DNA from: a virus
Lineage: Duplodnaviria > Heunggongvirae > Uroviricota > Caudoviricetes
Virus record (IMG/VR): IMGVR_UViG_3300045051_000909
Span: 1 to 64,000 of that record
Direction: 5' to 3' (one strand)
Length of the DNA stretch: 64,000 nucleotides
Below the pieces are notes generated by a model. It saw only the letters and a program-made list of their open reading frames with translations, ran no database searches and was not told the origin of the DNA. Of this stretch, positions 35,831 through 44,140 are shown in pieces. The position numbers and the translations under genes are program-made. Positions within the stretch are counted from its first letter, which is position 1; each line of letters starts with the position of its first letter.

Positions 35831-36546
35831 GTCGCAAGGAGGCTAAGCGGCTAAGAGCCTCGCGGCAGTATAACGAAAAGGCGGCGCAGGGTCTTTGTCG
35901 AAATGAGGGATGTCACAATCCTGTGACACCAGGAAAGGTACGTTGTGCGCCGTGTCTCGAACACTACAATAAGCTTCGACAAGAGCGGCGAGTACGCAAC
36001 CGCGAAATTAGTTTGTGCATCGATTGTGGTAATCCCTCAAGCGGATATTCGAGATGTGAAGTATGTCGTTCGGGCGCCCGGCGTATCGATAATAAGCTGT
36101 ACCGCATCAGCTGTGAAGCAGGTACTTGTGTAACTTGTGGCCGCCCCGCGGCCCCAAATCTTCGAAGTTGTTTGGTTCATTGGTTTAGCGGTATTGCCAA
36201 GTCTCAGCAGTATCGCGGAGCTGATCTCGGTTCGCTTTCAGGAACGGAAATTCGTGCACTGTTTGAATTACAGCAAGGGCGTTGTGCATACACGGGGACT
36301 CCACTGCGTATCGGAGGCCGTGCGTGGAACAGTGCTTCACTGGACCACAAACTCCCAATCAGTCAAGGAGGCACGAACAGCATCGACAACTTGCACTGGG
36401 TCGCGTGGTGTATAAACGGTCTCAAAGGCACGTTATCAGACAGCGAATTCCAAGAGACGTTTGATGCACCCACACTTTCGCGATTTATAATCGTCTTAGC
36501 TAAGAAAGAAAAGCATGACCAAATCCCAGGAAACAGCGCTGCGTAA
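35827..36546 (+). CDS. HNH endonuclease with N-terminal tandem CxxC zinc-finger repeats
   Basis: RCAYTG...DHKLPISQGGTNSIDNLHWVAWCIN = HNH core; four Cx2C..Cx2C pairs upstream; ATGA-coupled. Confidence 0.75.
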   Translation: MSRKEAKRLRASRQYNEKAAQGLCRNEGCHNPVTPGKVRCAPCLEHYNKLRQERRVRNREISLCIDCGNPSSGYSRCEVCRSGARRIDNKLYRISCEAGTCVTCGRPAAPNLRSCLVHWFSGIAKSQQYRGADLGSLSGTEIRALFELQQGRCAYTGTPLRIGGRAWNSASLDHKLPISQGGTNSIDNLHWVAWCINGLKGTLSDSEFQETFDAPTLSRFIIVLAKKEKHDQIPGNSAA

Positions 36547-36715
36547 GATCTGCAAGAAGGCGGGCTTCAACGTCGCTATCACCAACGTACTCGTGGAGAT
36601 CCATAAGGGCCTCGAGCGCACCTACGCCGGCTACATCAAGGCGCTGCGGCAGGAGAACGTGGAGCTCAAGCGGCAGCTGCGAGACGCCGCGTTCTACACC
36701 ATGAGGATGAAGTGA
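36515..36715 (+). CDS. small hypothetical protein (66 aa)
   Basis: ORF overlapping 3' end of HNH gene by 32 nt; weak support. Confidence 0.3.
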   Translation: MTKSQETALRKICKKAGFNVAITNVLVEIHKGLERTYAGYIKALRQENVELKRQLRDAAFYTMRMK

Positions 36716-36906
36716 TGCGCCGAGATCTGTGGGTAATTCTGCTCTGCCTCGCCATCCCCATCGCCGCCCTGTTCTGGGTGTCCTGGGAGAAGAGCCGCTG
36801 GCGGTGCGTCGAAACTGGGCCGGGGACGTGTTGGCGCACCTACGTTCCGCTGCACTCGGGGCCGTATCCCTGCACGATGTGCACGAAGTGGGAAAGGAAA
36901 TCATGA
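36712..36906 (+). CDS. small membrane-like protein (64 aa)
   Basis: ATGA-coupled; hydrophobic N-terminus. Confidence 0.35.
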   Translation: MMRRDLWVILLCLAIPIAALFWVSWEKSRWRCVETGPGTCWRTYVPLHSGPYPCTMCTKWERKS

Positions 36907-37136
36907 AACCTACGATTTACTACACCCTTGGTGTGGAGAAAGACGATTACGCAAAGGGGCGTTACATGGTGGTGATCCGGGATAGCAGGCGGCATATTCT
37001 CGGGGTTCCTCTGCGCGACGAAGACAAGGAAACCGCAGAGCGGCTGTTGGGGGCGTTGCGGTTTGCCTTCGATTACGGCATGACCGCCGTTCGCATGGAG
37101 GTAGATCGCGTCCACATCAACCTGGTGGAGAAATAG
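36903..37136 (+). CDS. hypothetical protein (77 aa, start MKPTIYY)
   Basis: ATGA overlap with upstream ORF; GGAAAGGAAA RBS. Confidence 0.45.
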   Translation: MKPTIYYTLGVEKDDYAKGRYMVVIRDSRRHILGVPLRDEDKETAERLLGALRFAFDYGMTAVRMEVDRVHINLVEK

Positions 37137-37138
37137 GA

Positions 37139-37345
37139 ATGAAGTTCATCGTCCGCCTCTACGACGGCTTCGACAACCAGTGGATGGATATCAGCAAGCC
37201 CGTGTCCAAAGAAGAAGCGCAGAAGATCTGGGCCGAGAACACGAACGGCGGAACGAAGAACACCAAGTACAGCGACATCGATTACTACGCCATCTTCCCG
37301 GCGGACACCAAGATGCTCTATTCCGATGGGTTCGGGGAGTATTAA
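37139..37345 (+). CDS. hypothetical protein (68 aa)
   Basis: AGGAATG start 3 nt after previous stop. Confidence 0.45.
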   Translation: MKFIVRLYDGFDNQWMDISKPVSKEEAQKIWAENTNGGTKNTKYSDIDYYAIFPADTKMLYSDGFGEY

Positions 37346-37348
37346 GCC

Positions 37349-37726
37349 ATGAAAAAGTCGCGATTAACATTCAAGGAAGGCGGCGTGCATGGCTGCTGCG
37401 CCAACTGCGGCGAGCCCCCTGAAGAACACCTCCGCAACATAAACCACTGTGATGGCGTCTGTCCGCCGAAACCTACGCCGCTCCGCGACGAGGTCGGCCT
37501 GGTGCTGTCGGGCAAGCATCTCGCCTACGGCTGGAAACGTGGGTGGTTACAGTGGGCGCCCTCGTGCGTTCGAAAAACAATCATCGATGTCTGGAATCCC
37601 GTCGCCTGTTGTATCTGGGGCCATGCCCCTTTTGGGCCGCTGGTTGAGGAAGACGGGACGGTGATTCAACATGACGTTGTTTGCACGCACTGCTGCAAAC
37701 ACTGGCTGCCGGAGAAGGAACAGTGA
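37349..37726 (+). CDS. Cys-rich protein; distant member of zinc-knuckle family (CANCGEPPEEHLRNINHC)
   Basis: C-x2-C-x6-H-x6-C spacing near N-terminus plus extra Cys pairs. Confidence 0.5.
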   Translation: MKKSRLTFKEGGVHGCCANCGEPPEEHLRNINHCDGVCPPKPTPLRDEVGLVLSGKHLAYGWKRGWLQWAPSCVRKTIIDVWNPVACCIWGHAPFGPLVEEDGTVIQHDVVCTHCCKHWLPEKEQ

Positions 37727-38061
37727 CCAAGAAGAAGACCAAGAAGCCTAAGTTGATGCAGCGTCGTCTCGCGGGCCTGGAAGTCCGCAGACGCGTCAAT
37801 AGCCATGCGGCCTATGCCCACCTGTTCTACGAGGACATGTACGACGACGGCACCGTGCGTGTCTCTCGCGGAAACAACCTCGACACGCTGCCGGGGTTCG
37901 ACTACTACAACGGCGGCACCAAGAAGCAGCAAGAGCGGGCCAAGCAGGCATACGCCGGTGAGATGTATGCGGAGCTCCAAGCCGCTGCGGTCCTATTCGA
38001 GCACATCACTCGGCGCTGCTTGGAGCTGGACGAGCTGCATGGGATCAAGGAGAAGCCGTAA
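37723..38061 (+). CDS. hypothetical protein (GTG start, 112 aa)
   Basis: GTGA overlap with upstream stop. Confidence 0.45.
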   Translation: MTKKKTKKPKLMQRRLAGLEVRRRVNSHAAYAHLFYEDMYDDGTVRVSRGNNLDTLPGFDYYNGGTKKQQERAKQAYAGEMYAELQAAAVLFEHITRRCLELDELHGIKEKP

Positions 38062-38264
38062 TGGCCAACCACCTGCACAAATACGTTCTGTGGCTTCATA
38101 ACCACACAGATCAGCGTGACGATGAATGGTTGGTGTTCTGGGCCAAGGACGACGATGAGGCCAAGCACAAGGGCTCTGAGTTGAGTATTGACCGTACGCG
38201 CTTCAGCCGGGGCGGCGTCATGACCGCCAAGGAGTTCCAGAAGAAGATGGGGATGGCGCCATGA
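38061..38264 (+). CDS. hypothetical protein (67 aa)
   Basis: TAATG coupling. Confidence 0.45.
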   Translation: MANHLHKYVLWLHNHTDQRDDEWLVFWAKDDDEAKHKGSELSIDRTRFSRGGVMTAKEFQKKMGMAP

Positions 38265-38464
38265 GGCCATTCCGCAGTTGGCTCGGTACCATCAACTTCT
38301 TCTTGTTGCAGTTCTTCTTCGTTCGCCTCTACGCTGAGGGCGCCACCACGGAGGAACTGGAGAACAATCCGCGCTACGGCCTTATGGGCTTTGTGGCGCC
38401 GTTCACGGGCTGGTGGGGCTCGTATTGGCCCCGGCAGCCGCGCTTCATGAGGACGTTTCGATGA
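38261..38464 (+). CDS. hypothetical protein (67 aa)
   Basis: ATGA coupling. Confidence 0.4.
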   Translation: MRPFRSWLGTINFFLLQFFFVRLYAEGATTEELENNPRYGLMGFVAPFTGWWGSYWPRQPRFMRTFR

Positions 38465-38655
38465 ACCTGCGAATCAAGACAGGCCAAGAGCCCGGAGATC
38501 TCGGTAAGTCCGAAAAGCAGAAGATGCTCGAGGGAAAGCACAAGGACAAGAAGCGCGCGAAGAACTTCAAGAAGTACGTGCGCATGCAGGAGCGCGCCGT
38601 GCTTAAGGAGCGAGCCAAGAAGCGCATCGAGCAAGACCTGAGCGAGGAGTCATGA
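38461..38655 (+). CDS. Lys-rich small protein (64 aa)
   Basis: ATGA coupling; KHKDKKRAKNFKKY basic tract. Confidence 0.45.
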   Translation: MNLRIKTGQEPGDLGKSEKQKMLEGKHKDKKRAKNFKKYVRMQERAVLKERAKKRIEQDLSEES

Positions 38656-39170
38656 AGGAACACGTCTGGGAAGTAGAGGAGATTGACGGCGGTCCGGTCG
38701 GTATCGAGGAGTTCTGGATCTGCCGCGCCTGCGGTGCCAGCGGCGGGCCGACGATCACAGGGCAGACGCCGGGGAAGTGGATCTTCTACGCCAGCGGCTT
38801 TCACGCTGACCAGAAGCTGCCTGAGGACTGCGACGCCGCTGCGAAGATCATCGCTGGGTTCAAGAAGGAAACCGTGCTGGAGGCCATGTTGAACAGCATC
38901 GAGAAACGGCGTATGAAGCCGCCCAAGAAGAGCCCCCGCAAGGCAGAAGCAGTGCCGATGCCCACGATGGAAGACCGCGTCCGCGTCTATGAGGCGTTGC
39001 TGCACAGCATCCAGGCAGCGCGGGTTACTGGCGAAGGCGAGCGGCTCTACAAGCTGCTGGGACGCGTAAACAACTGGTCCTATGCCCACCGCGCCGGCAA
39101 TGGAGAGCTCAGCGACAAGGAGTTGCAGCAGCAGATCAACCGCGCGTTCTGGGCGCTGGAGGACAAGTAG
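38652..39170 (+). CDS. hypothetical protein (172 aa) with CRACG zinc motif
   Basis: ATGA coupling. Confidence 0.5.
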   Translation: MKEHVWEVEEIDGGPVGIEEFWICRACGASGGPTITGQTPGKWIFYASGFHADQKLPEDCDAAAKIIAGFKKETVLEAMLNSIEKRRMKPPKKSPRKAEAVPMPTMEDRVRVYEALLHSIQAARVTGEGERLYKLLGRVNNWSYAHRAGNGELSDKELQQQINRAFWALEDK

Positions 39171-39172
39171 TT

Positions 39173-39589
39173 ATGCGTATCCTAATCCTCGACGACGACA
39201 AAGATCGCCACGACGGCTTCGCCGAGCTGTACGCCAACGACGAGCGCGTCCACGTCTACACCGCAGAGCATGCCGCCCAGGCCCTGGACTCTCAGGACTT
39301 CGACGCCGTCTACCTCGACCACGATCTCAACGGGACAGCGTACGCGCCGAGCTCGACCGAGAGCGGCTACGCTGCGGCAGTGCACATCACTCACATGGCG
39401 CCAGAGCGCCGTCCCAAGAAGGTATTCGTCCACAGCTGGAATCCGCCTGGTGCCTACAACATGGTGCGCGTACTGCGCCGTGCCGGCGTAGACGTCGTCT
39501 ACAAGCCCTACTGGATCGGCTACGAAACAGCGGCAGAGGGCTGCGAAGAAGCATTCCACACCTGGGAAAAGATGCACGGTAAAGCCTGA
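39173..39589 (+). CDS. stand-alone receiver (REC/CheY-like) domain protein
   Basis: MRILILDDD acidic pocket, ..DAVYLDHDL phospho-acceptor region, conserved downstream S/T and K-like positions. Confidence 0.5.
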   Translation: MRILILDDDKDRHDGFAELYANDERVHVYTAEHAAQALDSQDFDAVYLDHDLNGTAYAPSSTESGYAAAVHITHMAPERRPKKVFVHSWNPPGAYNMVRVLRRAGVDVVYKPYWIGYETAAEGCEEAFHTWEKMHGKA

Positions 39590-39590
39590 G

Positions 39591-39887
39591 ATGCCGCCTG
39601 ACGCCATCGTAAAGATTCTTACCAGCAACGGCGTAAAGACCGCGCTGATGGCCGATCCACGTAAAGATGACTTCGTCTGGCACGGCGGGACGTTGCTGCG
39701 CGTAGTCCAAATCAACGAAATTGCATTCTTGGCCTGCTGCGTTTTAGCGGATTCGCCAGTGCCAGAAGCTACTTGGTTTGCTTTTGAGAGTCTGACCATC
39801 GCCACCTGCAAGCACTGCCACCAAGCCCACACAGATCACGCTGATAATGAGAAATGCCTATTCGAACCAACGAATTGGGCCATTTGA
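39591..39887 (+). CDS. zinc-knuckle family paralog 1 (CKHCHQAHTDHADNEKCLFEPTNW)
   Basis: C-terminal C-x2-C-x6-H-x5-C-LF-xPT motif. Confidence 0.6.
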   Translation: MPPDAIVKILTSNGVKTALMADPRKDDFVWHGGTLLRVVQINEIAFLACCVLADSPVPEATWFAFESLTIATCKHCHQAHTDHADNEKCLFEPTNWAI

Positions 39888-39905
39888 CAAAGCAAGTTGT
39901 TTCAG

Positions 39906-39950
39906 AGGGCGCCCTGTATCCGGGGGCGCCTTCTTTTTGGTATAAGGAGG
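39906..39950 (+). promoter_or_regulatory. terminator-promoter cassette (hairpin, T-run, TGGTATAAG, AGGAGG)
   Basis: GGGCGCCCTGTATCCGGGGGCGCC TTCTTTTTGGTATAAGGAGG. Confidence 0.55.
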
Positions 39951-39953
39951 GCA

Positions 39954-40232
39954 ATGCTAAAGACGGATTGGATATTCGACATGATCCCCTGCGAAATACG
40001 ACTCGAGTCGCGCTGGCCTCAGCGCTGCGGTAAACGCTCCGTAGTTGCCAAGTTGAATTCCAATGGCTTCGTGGTCTACTGCTGCCGTACACACTCTCGC
40101 AGCAAGGCTCTCAAGAACGCCGATTCCCCTGCGTGGTGGGAGTGCGCTAACTGTGGCAAGATCCGCGAAAACCACGCCGACAACGGTAAGTGCCTCTATG
40201 AGCCAACCACCTTCAAAGCCATCGAACGCTGA
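39954..40232 (+). CDS. zinc-knuckle family paralog 2 (CANCGKIRENHADNGKCLYEPTTF)
   Basis: start at ATG after cassette RBS; C-terminal family motif. Confidence 0.6.
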   Translation: MLKTDWIFDMIPCEIRLESRWPQRCGKRSVVAKLNSNGFVVYCCRTHSRSKALKNADSPAWWECANCGKIRENHADNGKCLYEPTTFKAIER

Positions 40233-40428
40233 CACGATTGAGCGTTGGGCGACGCCGCAACAAATTGATACGATCATCAGCGGCACCAAGGCAGAGGGGG
40301 AGCATACATGGTACGTATTGAAAGCTGCTTGGGCGATCTGCAAGCACTGCAAGCAGCCTCGGCGAGACCACGCTGACAATGAGAAGTGTCTCTACGAACC
40401 GACGAGCTTTGAGCCTGAGATCACATGA
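40198..40428 (+). CDS. zinc-knuckle family paralog 3 (CKHCKQPRRDHADNEKCLYEPTSF); start uncertain
   Basis: only in-frame ATG overlaps paralog 2 by 35 nt. Confidence 0.45.
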   Translation: MSQPPSKPSNADTIERWATPQQIDTIISGTKAEGEHTWYVLKAAWAICKHCKQPRRDHADNEKCLYEPTSFEPEIT

Positions 40429-40727
40429 CTCAGACCTATCCGCACGCTGAGGGCACTGTGCTCGGTATTAACGAGGACCTGTTCATCGTTCGCGGCTACC
40501 ATTACGTCCCTTATGGCAAAGACGCAGGCCATTGGTATATCCGCCTTCGCCGCATGGCCGATACTGCATTCCTCAGCACAATAGTGGTTGACGATAAGCT
40601 TGAGCAGGCGCGGGTTGCCTGCAAACACTGCCGTATGGTGTTACTAGACCACGCCGACGGCGGGCAGTGCCTCTACAGCCCCACGCGCTTCGAGTCGTGG
40701 GTAATCAAGGAATATCCACATGGCTGA
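40425..40727 (+). CDS. zinc-knuckle family paralog 4 (CKHCRMVLLDHADGGQCLYSPTRF)
   Basis: ATGA coupling; family motif. Confidence 0.6.
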   Translation: MTQTYPHAEGTVLGINEDLFIVRGYHYVPYGKDAGHWYIRLRRMADTAFLSTIVVDDKLEQARVACKHCRMVLLDHADGGQCLYSPTRFESWVIKEYPHG

Positions 40728-41025
40728 ATTCACGCCGCCCCCCTGGAAGTGGGAGTACGGCTATAACAACGGCGGGATGGCAACGGGATTCTTCTTTATC
40801 CCGGCGAACAACCAGAATGCCAGCGTGGAGATGCTGATTGACGATGCTATCCTCGCCGCCGCCTCTCCCAACCTGTACCTGGCGTTGAAGGGGCTCGAGG
40901 ATCCCTACGAGCCGGGACGATTCTGTGACCACGCTGCCGAGCCTTGTGCTCGCTGCGAGGCCGCACGCAAGGCGCTTGCACGCGCTGAGGGCAAGGGCAT
41001 GATCTCCTCGGACGAGGAAGCATAG
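40720..41025 (+). CDS. hypothetical protein (101 aa) with CDHAAEPCARC
   Basis: co-directional ORF. Confidence 0.45.
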   Translation: MAEFTPPPWKWEYGYNNGGMATGFFFIPANNQNASVEMLIDDAILAAASPNLYLALKGLEDPYEPGRFCDHAAEPCARCEAARKALARAEGKGMISSDEEA

Positions 41026-41208
41026 ATGACCAGCAAAGACCTGGAGCACTACCTCAAGGCCGCCAACGAAAGCAGCATCGCGAACGCACATCCCAATCTT
41101 CAGACTGCCTACGCCATCCTCGTTCTGGCGCAGGTGGTGGATCACGGATTCAAGTCTGTCGTTGCATCACTGTCCGATGTTTACCGCGTAATGAAGGAGA
41201 GGCGGTGA
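41026..41208 (+). CDS. small hypothetical protein (60 aa)
   Basis: begins 1 nt after previous stop. Confidence 0.4.
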   Translation: MTSKDLEHYLKAANESSIANAHPNLQTAYAILVLAQVVDHGFKSVVASLSDVYRVMKERR

Positions 41209-41360
41209 TGGGACGCCGAGCCGAGCAAAACGACCGCCACGAGAACAGCGAGACCAAGAAGTACAACAAGAAGCAAACCAATCGCCATCTGCGGCGCCGA
41301 GGCAAGAAAGAGTTGGAAGACGCGCCGAAGAAGAAGGCATATCGAGGATACAGCGGATGA
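41208..41360 (+). CDS. small highly basic protein (50 aa)
   Basis: TGATG and ATGA overlaps on both sides; Arg/Lys-rich. Confidence 0.35.
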   Translation: MGRRAEQNDRHENSETKKYNKKQTNRHLRRRGKKELEDAPKKKAYRGYSG

Positions 41361-41611
41361 TTATCACCAAAGCCTGGCAGCGATTCCTGGATGGACAGTG
41401 GGTCAAGAAGGCGCCGAAGAGGCCGGGTAATTACCCTGTCGCTGATCAAGCCGGCCACTACGCCGGCGAGATCGAGGTGATTCGTACGCGGGAGAAGGAG
41501 TTGCTCGCAGCGCGTAGTGTCGCTGAACCGCCGCATCGGGCGTGGGCGGGTTGGTGGTGGTCGGCGCCCCTGCCCCGCCTCCCCAAGCCGAAGAAGTGGG
41601 ACAGCAAGTGA
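41357..41611 (+). CDS. hypothetical protein (84 aa)
   Basis: ATGA coupling. Confidence 0.45.
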   Translation: MIITKAWQRFLDGQWVKKAPKRPGNYPVADQAGHYAGEIEVIRTREKELLAARSVAEPPHRAWAGWWWSAPLPRLPKPKKWDSK

Positions 41612-41955
41612 AATTCCACAAGAAGCCCATCTACAACGATCTGCCCAAGTACTTCAACGGCAAACCTGCGGAGTCGTTCACCGCCGCCCAGATTCGTATC
41701 CATTCGCTGGTGGTGGCGCTCACCATGTCATCCGTACAGTGGGCAACCACGAAGCATTACGAACGCATGACTCAGCAGTACCAGCACGATGACTCCTATC
41801 GTTGGTGGCTCGACCGCTTCACCGAGAGCGCGAGCTACGAGGTCTGGAATCGGGTCTTCGAGGTAACGCGGGCAGGGCAGTACGGCAGCAACGACCGCGA
41901 GGCCGAGAAGAAGGCCAATGCGGCGAAACAGCAATTCGACGCAGCAGTGGTGTAA
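41608..41955 (+). CDS. hypothetical protein (GTG start)
   Basis: GTGA overlap with upstream stop. Confidence 0.45.
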   Translation: MKFHKKPIYNDLPKYFNGKPAESFTAAQIRIHSLVVALTMSSVQWATTKHYERMTQQYQHDDSYRWWLDRFTESASYEVWNRVFEVTRAGQYGSNDREAEKKANAAKQQFDAAVV

Positions 41956-41964
41956 TGCCGCAGA

Positions 41965-41998
41965 GAAGGCGCCCTCCCACAGGGCGCTTTCTTTTTGG
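41965..41998 (+). terminator. terminator, left copy of identical 34-bp repeat GAAGGCGCCCTCCCACAGGGCGCTTTCTTTTTGG
   Basis: GGCGCCCT..AGGGCGC hairpin + T-run. Confidence 0.6.
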
Positions 41999-42064
41999 CC
42001 TACAGATGAACGCTTCCTTGGTATGAGGATGAGCAGCAACGATCACGTTTACTCGAAAGGACCC

Positions 42065-42589
42065 ATGACTGACATTCACTGGAAACACCGGATGGACCGC
42101 CGTGTCTACATCGATCTGAATGATGAGATGAATATCCGTATCGGTAGTAGCGGCAATGTCCCTGAGCGCACACGCGTCATACAATCCACGCACTATCGCG
42201 AAGTCTTCAATCTTTTCTCGATCCCGGGAAACGAGGACGTGGAAAAGCTGTTGCAGTATTGCTTGTATCGCCACGCTATCGATAAGGATTGGTTCAGCGC
42301 CAAATCAGACAAGGACCCTGAGGTCTGGTACTTGATTGAAGAGCTGCGTCCAGCGGAACAGCGAGGCAATGTCGTCAACACCGTCGAGCGGCTGTGTCTT
42401 GAGTTCAACGTCCCGTCGTGGCCAGTCGTACTTCGCCCCAGCAAGAATATGCTGGCGGGAATATTGCGACAGCGGAAGTGGCAGAATGCGCGGGAATCCG
42501 TAGCGGCGGCGCGCCGGTACTGGGAGCCGATCCTTCAACGGCGGGACCGTCGTGAAATACCTTTGGCAGATATTGCTGCGGGGATTTGA
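42065..42589 (+). CDS. GIY-YIG-like (T5orf172/MUG113-type) domain protein, putative homing endonuclease
   Basis: N-terminal VYIDLNDEMNIRIGSSGNVPERTR resembles GIY..(K/R)IG.T..R core; GAAAGGA RBS; flanked by identical terminator repeats. Confidence 0.45.
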   Translation: MTDIHWKHRMDRRVYIDLNDEMNIRIGSSGNVPERTRVIQSTHYREVFNLFSIPGNEDVEKLLQYCLYRHAIDKDWFSAKSDKDPEVWYLIEELRPAEQRGNVVNTVERLCLEFNVPSWPVVLRPSKNMLAGILRQRKWQNARESVAAARRYWEPILQRRDRREIPLADIAAGI

Positions 42590-42591
42590 AG

Positions 42592-42631
42592 GAAGGCGCC
42601 CTCCCACAGGGCGCTTTCTTTTTGGTATGAG
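42592..42631 (+). promoter_or_regulatory. terminator-promoter cassette, right copy of 34-bp repeat (then TGGTATGAG)
   Basis: sequence identical to 41965-41998. Confidence 0.6.
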
Positions 42632-42660
42632 GTAGTACCACGTCAACAATTGGAGTCGCC

Positions 42661-42954
42661 GTGAAGTTCGAAGTAGGGGAGCGCGTGTTTTGGAAGGCCG
42701 CATACGAGACTCAGCTCATGAGCCCTCGCTCAATGGATGGCCCGTACACCGTAACGACACCTCCGCCCGGTACGCCGCGCTGGATGCTTGAGTGCATGGT
42801 CTGGCTCGAGGAAGACTTCTATGGGAATCGGCGTACCATCGGACGCTACGCCAACCACTTCATCAGCATCTGCATCAACTGCTACAAGCCCAAGGCCGAC
42901 CACGCTGACAATGGGAAATGTCTCTTCGAACCAACCTACTGGAGGTCACACTAG
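42661..42954 (+). CDS. zinc-knuckle family paralog 5 (CINCYKPKADHADNGKCLFEPTYW)
   Basis: GTG start after TGGAG RBS; family motif. Confidence 0.6.
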   Translation: MKFEVGERVFWKAAYETQLMSPRSMDGPYTVTTPPPGTPRWMLECMVWLEEDFYGNRRTIGRYANHFISICINCYKPKADHADNGKCLFEPTYWRSH

Positions 42955-43317
42955 ATGGTGCAGCTTTCTTTGCCATTCAACATCGCCTCGCCGCTCGCAA
43001 TTACCAGTCTGTCGTTCTGGGCGCAGCTCAAGCGCTACATCAAGAACTACGCCGCCCAGCAGAACCGCTTCGAGATTGAACCGCAGATCCCGCCCGCCTT
43101 GCTGGCGTTGGCGTTGAAGTCCAAGGTCCGCTGCGTCCACTGCAACAAGTGGATCCACCCCGTTCGCCTGCGCAAGGCGTCGCCGGGGCGCAATACCCGG
43201 AACACCGCCAAGCAGTTCTTCGTCGCCCTCACCTGCCCGCTGAAGGTCAACATGGGCTGCGCCCGCGGCAAGCGTGCCCGCGACGCCAGCGCGGCTCTGG
43301 CACAGGCGCTACGATGA
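42955..43317 (+). CDS. hypothetical protein (120 aa)
   Basis: starts 1 nt after previous stop. Confidence 0.45.
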   Translation: MVQLSLPFNIASPLAITSLSFWAQLKRYIKNYAAQQNRFEIEPQIPPALLALALKSKVRCVHCNKWIHPVRLRKASPGRNTRNTAKQFFVALTCPLKVNMGCARGKRARDASAALAQALR

Positions 43318-43568
43318 GCCCGGATATCCAGCTGTGCGTTGAGATCCTCGACGCTTGGATTGCGGACGCCGGCAAGAAGATTGCTGAATACAGCGCGCAG
43401 TGTCGAGGGTTGGAAAGCGCCCGCCGCTTCGAGGTGTGCAGCGGCGAGGCAGACGCCAACGAGCCGCCGGCACCAACCTACGCCTACGCCATCAAGAACA
43501 TCGTTCCGCGTATCAAGCGTGAGCTCCTGTACAAGTGCGGTGAGCTCTCGCGAGGCGCCGGGATCTAA
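43314..43568 (+). CDS. hypothetical protein (84 aa, start MSPDIQ)
   Basis: ATGA coupling. Confidence 0.45.
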   Translation: MSPDIQLCVEILDAWIADAGKKIAEYSAQCRGLESARRFEVCSGEADANEPPAPTYAYAIKNIVPRIKRELLYKCGELSRGAGI

Positions 43569-43573
43569 ATCCA

Positions 43574-43750
43574 ATGTTCTGGCAAGCAATACCCAGCAGC
43601 AAACTGTCCAGCAAATCGCTCAGAGCCGACGACTACATGCCAGTGTCCAAGCGGCGGCGCCTCATCAAGGAATTGAAGTCTAACCTGCGCGTCATCCACA
43701 GCCACCTGGCGGGCATGGAGAGGCGCCTCAAGGAACTCGAGGAAACGTGA
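43574..43750 (+). CDS. small basic protein (58 aa)
   Basis: below track threshold; coupled to next small ORF; coordinates +/-1. Confidence 0.3.
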   Translation: MFWQAIPSSKLSSKSLRADDYMPVSKRRRLIKELKSNLRVIHSHLAGMERRLKELEET

Positions 43751-43887
43751 TGTCCACCAACAACATCCTTCATCTGATCGGCTTGGGTTTGATCGGCACT
43801 GCCGCGGTCAATCAGTTCGGCTGGCTCAACGGGCTGGCCATCGTCTTCGCCGTCTTCATTCTCATGCCCTACCACCCGCGTTCCTGA
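43750..43887 (+). CDS. small membrane protein (45 aa)
   Basis: ILHLIGLGLIGTAAV..LAIVFAVFILM hydrophobic. Confidence 0.3.
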   Translation: MSTNNILHLIGLGLIGTAAVNQFGWLNGLAIVFAVFILMPYHPRS

Positions 43888-43888
43888 C

Positions 43889-44128
43889 ATGAAGACCCGT
43901 CGCGGCTACACCCTTGTCGAGGTCCTGATTCTCGTCGCCATCGTGGGGATCCTCTCCACCATTGCCCTGGCCAGCTACCAGCAATACCACCTGCGAAAGA
44001 ACTGCCGGCGCGGGCGCTACGAGTTCACCGGGGCGACGGTGTGCTCGAGCTCCAGCCCCTCCGGCCATTACTGCGAACGCTACGAACCCGAGAAGCGATT
44101 CATCTGTGACCAACCCAACGAAGAGTAA
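43889..44128 (+). CDS. type IV pilin-like (prepilin N-terminal motif) small protein
   Basis: MKTRRG|YTLVEVLILVAIVGILSTIALASY = class III signal peptide with G-1 and E+5. Confidence 0.55.
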   Translation: MKTRRGYTLVEVLILVAIVGILSTIALASYQQYHLRKNCRRGRYEFTGATVCSSSSPSGHYCERYEPEKRFICDQPNEE

Positions 44129-44140
44129 AGGAGCAACACC

